Source: a virus. From it: a stretch of 64,000 nt of DNA. Both the position numbers and the translations under genes were made by a program. The stretch lies in the IMG/VR virus record IMGVR_UViG_3300042305_001986, positions 32,001 through 96,000 of that record. One strand, 5' to 3'. Shown here in pieces: positions 57,279 through 64,000 of this stretch. The notes below the pieces were generated by a model that was not told the origin of the DNA, made no database searches, and saw only the letters and a program-made list of their open reading frames with translations. The first letter of the stretch is position 1. Each line of letters begins with the position of its first letter.

Positions 57279-58853
57279 TCAGTTTTTTAGTTTGACATAC
57301 GCATCAAGAGTTTGAGGATGAAAGGTTAATGTATCCCAAGGTTCATCACCTATCTCTGAAAGTAGTTTCCAACCATCATTAACATCAAAATTATTATTCA
57401 AGATCTCTACTTCAACATCAGGGGATTGTGTTTCTACCATTGGTACAAAATCACCTCCATTAGATTCAACAGCGTATTTTGATAACAATTGAACGAAATT
57501 TTTAGCAGCACCCTCCGTACTAATAAGTTCTATATTCCGAGGGTTTTTGACTAAATTATACATAAGGTCTATTGTGGTTTTAACCTTATCTTTTTCTAAT
57601 TGGAATACATTATACGCAAATTCAATCTGTGAATCTTCAGAAATATTTTTATTTATAAAATCAATTTTATTTTTCTCATATTCTGATTCTTCTTCGCCTA
57701 TTATAGATACCAAATAAAAATATAGTAAAACACTCGCTCCGACAGTTTTCAACTCTTTACCCGTCATTCTATTCCAAAATTTTATTTCTCTAAATTTGGA
57801 TATATCGGTCTTCATTTGTTGAATAATCTCTTCTTTCAGTTCGTCCTTAATTTGATTACTAATTTCTTTACCAATTAACTCAGATGATTCATCATTCTTC
57901 AAAAATGCGGATAAAAGATTTTTTTCTTCATCTGATAACTTACCCCAAAATTCTATGTATTCATCAACTGATGACGTTTGTTTTAAACCTGACTCTGCAA
58001 ATTTTCTACTTAAACTTTCACTTGTTAAAGCATTAAATCCTTTGATTGTTTTTGAAAACTTAATAAGAGGTAAAAGACTAAAAACAACACTAAAAATTCC
58101 ACTTGTTGTTTTGTTGGTTTGGAATTCTCTAACAGCAACAGGTAAACCAACTGCTAATTCAATCGCTAATTCTAGTAAAACACTTGTTGTGAATCCTAAT
58201 CCCGCTACTGGTATTAACATTCCAGCAGCAATTGCCACTGAAACTTGAACCGCAACACCCCAATCATCTACAAATCTTTCATAATCAGTTCTTTTTGATT
58301 CCCACTCAGGTTGTATATATTGAATACCGTCTTTTGTAAAATAACCAATAAACCTCCACTTACTACCTGGAAAGTCTTTTTTTCGTAATCTAGTTTTATA
58401 TATGTTTCCTTTTGAGGTGAAGGATGCTACTGTTCCAGGTGGTAAAACGTCCGTAATATAATTTTTGAAATCTTCATCTTTATACTCAGTTTTTACTCTT
58501 TCTAATAATTTGATTATATTATTTTCATTCCTCCATTCAATTGTTGAACCAGCGGGTATGTACATACCTACTATCTTTGAGGTTTCAGGTTGTGTAACAG
58601 GATATACGCAATAACCATCAATTAAACCTGATTCACTACCACCATACTTAGGTGGTGGTTCCATTGCCTTATCAGGGTATTTACAATATTGAGGATATGT
58701 AAGTCGTTCAGTTTTGTTTGGTAATTGAACATTAACTCTTGTGGCGTCTTGACGGACTTGAGTATCATTGGTTTGTTCCGTTAGAGGTTTAGAAGTTATA
58801 AAGTTGTTCAAAAATTTAATTCTTTGAATTTCTTTTGAAAGATTCGACGACAT
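57279..58853 (-). CDS. probable virion-internal/ejection protein with hydrophobic hairpin
   Basis: EIQRIKFL leader; VAVQVSVAIAAGMLIPVAGLG...GIFSVVFSLLPLI; TATTTAT upstream. Confidence 0.6.
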   Translation of the reverse strand: MSSNLSKEIQRIKFLNNFITSKPLTEQTNDTQVRQDATRVNVQLPNKTERLTYPQYCKYPDKAMEPPPKYGGSESGLIDGYCVYPVTQPETSKIVGMYIPAGSTIEWRNENNIIKLLERVKTEYKDEDFKNYITDVLPPGTVASFTSKGNIYKTRLRKKDFPGSKWRFIGYFTKDGIQYIQPEWESKRTDYERFVDDWGVAVQVSVAIAAGMLIPVAGLGFTTSVLLELAIELAVGLPVAVREFQTNKTTSGIFSVVFSLLPLIKFSKTIKGFNALTSESLSRKFAESGLKQTSSVDEYIEFWGKLSDEEKNLLSAFLKNDESSELIGKEISNQIKDELKEEIIQQMKTDISKFREIKFWNRMTGKELKTVGASVLLYFYLVSIIGEEESEYEKNKIDFINKNISEDSQIEFAYNVFQLEKDKVKTTIDLMYNLVKNPRNIELISTEGAAKNFVQLLSKYAVESNGGDFVPMVETQSPDVEVEILNNNFDVNDGWKLLSEIGDEPWDTLTFHPQTLDAYVKLKN

Positions 58854-58930
58854 AAGAATGTTTTCAATATAAATATCATAAAAAAATCTATTTTTTTTGA
58901 ATTTTAAAAAATATATAGTATATTTGTGGT

Positions 58931-59281
58931 ATGAATAATCTAAATCTCATCGGATCAACAGTTAGATTAATTAATTCTAATGAGGTTAAAAAAATTTCTG
59001 ACTATGAAACAATCTTAGATAAAGAGATTTTTTACATGACGGATAATACTTCTTATTGTAAAGATCAACTCATATTTATTGATGAGTTTGAATCTACTCT
59101 TCATGACATCTCACAATATATTATCAATACTGATCAAGATGTTTTAGGAATCAATGATGTTGCGGAAAGATTCGTAAAAGTACTGTCACCATATTCAACC
59201 AAAATTACCCAAGTTAAAGAAACTAAACCCAAAAAATCAATTGTTACAAAATTTTTTGATTTTTGGAAAAGTCTTTGGTAA
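58931..59281 (+). CDS. hypothetical early protein
   Basis: Host-type tatatttg at 58919. Confidence 0.65.
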   Translation: MNNLNLIGSTVRLINSNEVKKISDYETILDKEIFYMTDNTSYCKDQLIFIDEFESTLHDISQYIINTDQDVLGINDVAERFVKVLSPYSTKITQVKETKPKKSIVTKFFDFWKSLW

Positions 59282-59282
59282 T

Positions 59283-61370
59283 TTATACAAACTGATCCTT
59301 ACCTCTCTTAAATGCGTCCTCTACGATCATAACTATTTGATTTTGAACGTCGGAGTTTCTGAGAAGATCAACCATATTACCATTTCTATCTGTGACAGAT
59401 ATTGTTCCACTGACATTAACATTAATGTCTTTCACTGCCATCGTCTGTTCAATTTTCTGAACAGAAGTGGATACGTTATTATATAGATTATCTAAAACAG
59501 AGGATTGTTTTTCAATTATTGATGGTAGGTTGTTTGCAGGTTCGTAATTAGATTGTGATTTCGTACCAAACAAATCTGTACCTCCTATGATTATATCATC
59601 TTTGGAAAAAGAAATTGGTTCTTGATTTGGTCTTAATATAAAATCTTGTTCTTCGGGATCTTTACCCTCCATAGTTTTAGTACCAGGTGCCGTGTCCTGA
59701 GTTTCAGTACCTGGTTTATTATTAATGTCTATATCCGCAATTGTTTTGGCGGCATTTTCCAATGCCGTAACAAAACTCTCAACTGCAGTTTTTGAAATTC
59801 CTACCTTATCTGCAAAATCTATTGCGTTTTTAGCTAGTGAATCAGTTGTGGTGTTTATAAGACCTTTTACTTCTTTATCATCTACTTTACCATCTTCAAA
59901 TATCTTTCCGATTTCCGTTGCGGTATCTGAGAGTGTTTGTTTAACATCATTAACCGACTCTTTGAGACCTTGAATTACATCTTGAACAGGTTGAGTATCA
60001 AATGCACCTGCACCTAATTTGAGAAGAGCTTCTTTGCTTGTCAACGTATCCAAACTATCCCTTAAAGATATTAATGATTTTGTATTTTCTTTTAATACAT
60101 CTTGGGGATCCATACTCTCTTCAGCCTGTTGTTCTCTCAACTTATCCATCGCCTGAGTTATTCCCGCTTCATCAGTTAGTTGTATTTCTCTCACCTCATC
60201 ACCTTCTTTCAATTTAACAACCATTTCACCTTTCTCATTAATCTCACTCATATTAGCAATGAATTGTTTGTCCTCATCGGACATCCCTGCCAAACCACTA
60301 AACTCAATCTCCTCCATCGCCATCATTTGTTTTCTCGAATTGATGGCCGCATCTGTCAATTCTCCGAAATCAAGACCCAAAAGTCTTGCTTGTTCTTTTA
60401 ATTTTTGTCTTGCTTGTGATGGAATTTCGAGTTGACCTGTTTCTTCGTTTACGGTTGCGGCAGCACTAGCAAGATCAACTAAAGAATCTTGGATCGCACC
60501 AACATCATTCAAACTGTTATACATAAGTGCAAAAGGATCACCCAACTCTCCGATATCACCACCCAAAGTTGCAAGTTCCGCAGCAAGTTCAACTGCTTTT
60601 TCTGGTCCACCATCTAAAATTGTATCCGCAAGATTAACAGACTGTTGAATATCAAATCTTAAAGCTTGAGCTTTGGCCACCATTTTAGCTAAACCATTAA
60701 CACCCTTATCAAAACCGTATTGATTTACAAGTTTGATACTTTGACCTATCGAATTAATAAATGTATTTACATTTAGTCCTAAATTCTGAGCTTGAACTGT
60801 CAACGATTCAATACTTTCTAACGCTGTTGAGGTACCCATCCCTAAATCAGACATTTCTGCTACCATCTTTCCGATTTCTTCAGTACCAACTCCCGCCGCC
60901 TTTGCTAAAACACCCATTCTAGTTACTTCAGTGGATGTCAAAAGATTCATTTTTCCCATCTCCGAAGTAAATCCTTCAATACCTTTAGCCGCTTCGTCTA
61001 TAGAAATACCCAATTCGAATAATTCAACGTTTGCGTCTATTAATGTCGATTGAATTGCGTCAGAAAAATATCTTGTTTGACCAAAACCTCTCACCATATC
61101 GGTGGTGGTATCTTCAACATCCATTATGGTCTTACTAAAAAGAAAAGCCAAAGCTTTACCGGCTCCGATTTCTTGGGCCAATGAAGCAAAACCTGTTCCC
61201 AAAAATCCAACCGAAGTTGCCATTTTTCCCAATATATCACCCATACCTCCCAAATCAGGAATAAGACCGGCAATCTTATCCTTAGCGTTGGTAATATGAC
61301 CTTCTAGTTCACCTGCAGATTCGGCACCTGATCTTATTGCGTCATCTAAATCTTCTGCTAAACTTGGCAT
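59283..61370 (-). CDS. tape-measure-like protein
   Basis: Ala/Gly-rich helical 695-aa ORF; C-terminal DFILRP..DDIIIGGT motif. Confidence 0.6.
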   Translation of the reverse strand: MPSLAEDLDDAIRSGAESAGELEGHITNAKDKIAGLIPDLGGMGDILGKMATSVGFLGTGFASLAQEIGAGKALAFLFSKTIMDVEDTTTDMVRGFGQTRYFSDAIQSTLIDANVELFELGISIDEAAKGIEGFTSEMGKMNLLTSTEVTRMGVLAKAAGVGTEEIGKMVAEMSDLGMGTSTALESIESLTVQAQNLGLNVNTFINSIGQSIKLVNQYGFDKGVNGLAKMVAKAQALRFDIQQSVNLADTILDGGPEKAVELAAELATLGGDIGELGDPFALMYNSLNDVGAIQDSLVDLASAAATVNEETGQLEIPSQARQKLKEQARLLGLDFGELTDAAINSRKQMMAMEEIEFSGLAGMSDEDKQFIANMSEINEKGEMVVKLKEGDEVREIQLTDEAGITQAMDKLREQQAEESMDPQDVLKENTKSLISLRDSLDTLTSKEALLKLGAGAFDTQPVQDVIQGLKESVNDVKQTLSDTATEIGKIFEDGKVDDKEVKGLINTTTDSLAKNAIDFADKVGISKTAVESFVTALENAAKTIADIDINNKPGTETQDTAPGTKTMEGKDPEEQDFILRPNQEPISFSKDDIIIGGTDLFGTKSQSNYEPANNLPSIIEKQSSVLDNLYNNVSTSVQKIEQTMAVKDINVNVSGTISVTDRNGNMVDLLRNSDVQNQIVMIVEDAFKRGKDQFV

Positions 61371-61636
61371 TAGTAAAGACTATTTGCTTTTCCTCTCGTT
61401 AATCCTGACTCCCATTTATAGTTGGGGTCATTCATATATGTTTTTCCGAAGTTTCTTCCACTCGCCCATACAGGAACTGATGGTGCTCCACCACCTGAAC
61501 TTGCCGCCGGTGCGGACGCAGCTGAATCTTCTTGTTCACCAAGTTCTTCAGTGGATTCGGTATCACCACTGAATTCAACTTCTTCAAGATCCATTAATTC
61601 TTTAATTCTTGAAATTTCTTCTCTTAAAATTTTCAT
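61370..61636 (-). CDS. small probable head-internal protein
   Basis: MKILREEISRIKELM leader; WESGLTRGKAN tail; TATTTAT upstream. Confidence 0.7.
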   Translation of the reverse strand: MKILREEISRIKELMDLEEVEFSGDTESTEELGEQEDSAASAPAASSGGGAPSVPVWASGRNFGKTYMNDPNYKWESGLTRGKANSLY

Positions 61637-61667
61637 CTTACCAGATAAATACTTATATTTGTGGATT

Positions 61668-62150
61668 ATGAAAAAAGTTCTATTTCTCCTCAGTAGTGTT
61701 CTCACTGGTTGTTTGGTTTATGAACAACCTTCCTATCCTTCTTTGGACGGAACTTACGTAGTTACCTGTGTGACTATTGAATGTGATGAACTTGATATTT
61801 TTGAAGAACATTGTGAAAATACAACCGTTTTCACACAACTACCATCCACACCTTTGGATACATTGAAAATCAACAAGACAAAGATTCATATTTCGGGTAA
61901 TGAAATTTATATGAAGGACTACCTATTCAATGGTCAAGTTGAATGGTCTGAAAATTATCCATTGAGAATCAATCAAGATCTAATCACAGGTGCTTGGTCA
62001 CACTTAAGCATTCTTTATCCCGGTAGAGAACCAAGAACTTACAGAATTACGGAAGATGGTCTTGAGTATTTAATTTTGGGTTTTACTCAAGAACTCAGTT
62101 CATCGGCAACTTATAACTACATCCTTACATTTCAGAGACAAGGACCTTAA
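61668..62150 (+). CDS. lipoprotein
   Basis: MKKVLFLLSSVLTGC lipobox; tatatttg at 61654. Confidence 0.75.
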   Translation: MKKVLFLLSSVLTGCLVYEQPSYPSLDGTYVVTCVTIECDELDIFEEHCENTTVFTQLPSTPLDTLKINKTKIHISGNEIYMKDYLFNGQVEWSENYPLRINQDLITGAWSHLSILYPGREPRTYRITEDGLEYLILGFTQELSSSATYNYILTFQRQGP

Positions 62151-62629
62151 TCCTTGAGGATATCTCTGATTCTTTGAAGGTTTTGGAGGAATTTCTCTGG
62201 GTTATTATATGCCCACTCTTTGATGCTTTCAGGTAATTCCTCCTCCTTTATTATTATTTCTATTTTTCTTTTGCCATAACTCTCAGATAACGTGTCGTCC
62301 GTTTGAAGAACGTCACCAAAAATGTTGAACAAGTGTCTCTTGAGTTTTGGTAATTGCGCCACAAAACTAACCTGATATCCATGTTCATCCGCCCATTCTT
62401 TTAATTTTTGTGTATCCAAAGTTGACTTCTCAGATAGACCAACAGAACCCCTGAGTTTTTCAGGTTTGGTGTTGATTCTAATAATTTTTAAAGAAGGTGT
62501 AATATAAATCTCTATTTTATCCAATTGCAAACCCAAAAACCTCTCTTTGGTGAGGGTAATCTTTCCGATAAGTTTTTTCAACTTATCCAAATAATCTTCT
62601 CTTTCGGGTTGATCTGAGTATGGTTTCAT
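62147..62629 (-). CDS. hypothetical protein
   Basis: 160 aa, TATTTAT upstream. Confidence 0.7.
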   Translation of the reverse strand: MKPYSDQPEREDYLDKLKKLIGKITLTKERFLGLQLDKIEIYITPSLKIIRINTKPEKLRGSVGLSEKSTLDTQKLKEWADEHGYQVSFVAQLPKLKRHLFNIFGDVLQTDDTLSESYGKRKIEIIIKEEELPESIKEWAYNNPEKFLQNLQRIRDILKD

Positions 62630-62640
62630 ACCAATAAATA

Positions 62641-62955
62641 TCAGAAAAATGTTTTTTCAGGTAGTTTTTTTGGATTAATTGTGTAATATTCATTTAGAAA
62701 TGAAATCAATTCTTCCTCATCTAACATGATCCAATCTTCAGATTCTTCATCGTCTAATTCATCGGCATATTCTTCAGATTCAAACACAAAATCTTCTATC
62801 TCATCACCAATTTCTATACCATATTCGTTTAGTAAAGAAAATTCAAAGGTATCAACTCTACTTTCATCATCAGAATCTGAAGTCAACCTGAATGTGATTT
62901 CAACAGTTTTTAGTTGTTCATTCACTTCATAATGGTATATTTCTAAAATTTCCAT
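62641..62955 (-). CDS. acidic hypothetical protein
   Basis: 104 aa. Confidence 0.7.
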   Translation of the reverse strand: MEILEIYHYEVNEQLKTVEITFRLTSDSDDESRVDTFEFSLLNEYGIEIGDEIEDFVFESEEYADELDDEESEDWIMLDEEELISFLNEYYTINPKKLPEKTFF

Positions 62956-63054
62956 ATGATTAATTAAATTCTTATTTATTTTTATATAAAAGAAATATCT
63001 TTGTTTTTATGAAAAACCAAATTTTAAACTAAATTAGTAGTAAAATATTCAAAA

Positions 63055-63675
63055 ATGACAATAAAAGAAACCACCATGACCAATGTTTTTCTAATAAAAG
63101 AGAACATTTATGAAGATGAACGAGGTAAATTTTTACAAATTTGGGACGAAATATCATATTCGGATAAGAAAAATATAATCAAATTCACTCAAAATACTGA
63201 TGAGTCTTTAATAACAACATATTTTGTTCAAGACAATATTTCCTACTCGAAAGAAGGGGTTTTCAGGGGATTACACTACCAAGTTGGGGATTGGTCACAG
63301 TCGAAGCTAGTTAGGGTCTTAAAAGGTCGAGTAATTGATTTTGTGGTTGATCTAAGGGAAGACTCGGATACATTCGGTAAGTTTGAATATTTTGACCTTG
63401 ATGATAAAAATGGTTTTTCATTATTTATACCTCCTTACTTCGCACACGGATTTTTATCTTTGGAGGACGACACAATTTTTCACTACAAGTGTGGAAATCT
63501 TTATAAAAAAGAAAATGAGGGTTCAATTACCCCCTTTGATGAAATTATTAGACATGTATCTGATAATAAAACAACAATCAAAGAAGTGTTTGATTTATTT
63601 TTACAAAATACTGATCTTATTTTATCTCAAAAAGATTTAGAATCACCAAAATTTATGGATAGAAGGATCAATTAA
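63055..63675 (+). CDS. rmlC: dTDP-4-dehydrorhamnose 3,5-epimerase
   Basis: DERG.F, QDNISYS..GVFRGLHYQ, QSKLVRV..G.VID.VVDLR, FAHGF, YKC, LSQKD. Confidence 0.93.
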   Translation: MTIKETTMTNVFLIKENIYEDERGKFLQIWDEISYSDKKNIIKFTQNTDESLITTYFVQDNISYSKEGVFRGLHYQVGDWSQSKLVRVLKGRVIDFVVDLREDSDTFGKFEYFDLDDKNGFSLFIPPYFAHGFLSLEDDTIFHYKCGNLYKKENEGSITPFDEIIRHVSDNKTTIKEVFDLFLQNTDLILSQKDLESPKFMDRRIN

Positions 63676-64000
63676 AAAGAAGAATAACATTTTTGAATAA
63701 GTTTTTTTGTGGTTGGGTTCATATCTTGTATCTTATCCTTGATGAGGGGTATCATCTCTGCCGTAATTTTACCGTTTACTGGTACACCCAAATCTTCTTG
63801 TAATTCTTTTATTGCTTCTTCAGTTTTAGGACCGATTTTAGGGGTATCTACCTCATCGCCCAACTTTCTAAGTCCATATTTTGTGTTCTTCAAAAAACAT
63901 TTCAGTGTTTTGATTGGATCTCCAGTACTCTCTTTATCGATAGTTTCATTTGAGGTTGGTTTTGGAGACAAACTCAAGTTCACATAATCTTCAGGGTTCA
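63672..64000 (-). CDS. protein with peptidoglycan-binding (PG_binding_1-like) domain, start outside the window
   Basis: IGPKTEEAIKELQEDLGVPVNG; frame open to the window edge. Confidence 0.65.
   Translation of the reverse strand, partial: NPEDYVNLSLSPKPTSNETIDKESTGDPIKTLKCFLKNTKYGLRKLGDEVDTPKIGPKTEEAIKELQEDLGVPVNGKITAEMIPLIKDKIQDMNPTTKKLIQKCYSSF

Noticed and set aside
1-64000. Stop-codon reassignment
   Set aside because: Core genes are full length in the standard code, all three stops are used, and no suppressor tRNA is present.

Overview
A 64-kb, AT-rich segment of a large T4-like (jumbo) myophage genome, standard genetic code. The host is most likely a Bacteroidota/Flavobacteria-type bacterium. 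Evidence for the host: TAnnTTTG/-33 TTTG promoters, a T9SS-CTD protein, a DUF4494-like protein, a GET-starting tmRNA tag, and A-rich SD-less starts. Contents in order: (1) baseplate-like genes; (2) a Pho-box-like site upstream of a T9SS-cargo + TonB-dependent receptor pair; (3) the head module (MCP, scaffold, prohead protease, portal, TerL) with an antisense-embedded ribosomal protein bS21; (4) a proteolysis locus (tandem-UVR protein, N-domain-less ClpC, peptidase, tmRNA with a 21-aa tag); (5) a duplicated CAP/lipoprotein versus OmpA-like cassette region; (6) a long tRNA region with 15 canonical tRNAs, three tRNA-like RNAs, several structured ncRNA candidates, TilS, RNA-end-healing enzymes and homing endonucleases; (7) tail-fibre-like genes, putative ejection and tape-measure proteins, and rmlC. 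The most striking observation is a candidate ribosome-dependent attenuator at 40136-40297. An unannotated 27-aa leader peptide contains the run G-C-D-W-Q-Q-E, exactly the amino-acid set of the six canonical tRNAs downstream, and overlaps a 10-nt antiterminator arm for the terminator in front of that tRNA array. All calls come from reading motifs by eye; no database search or folding program was run.
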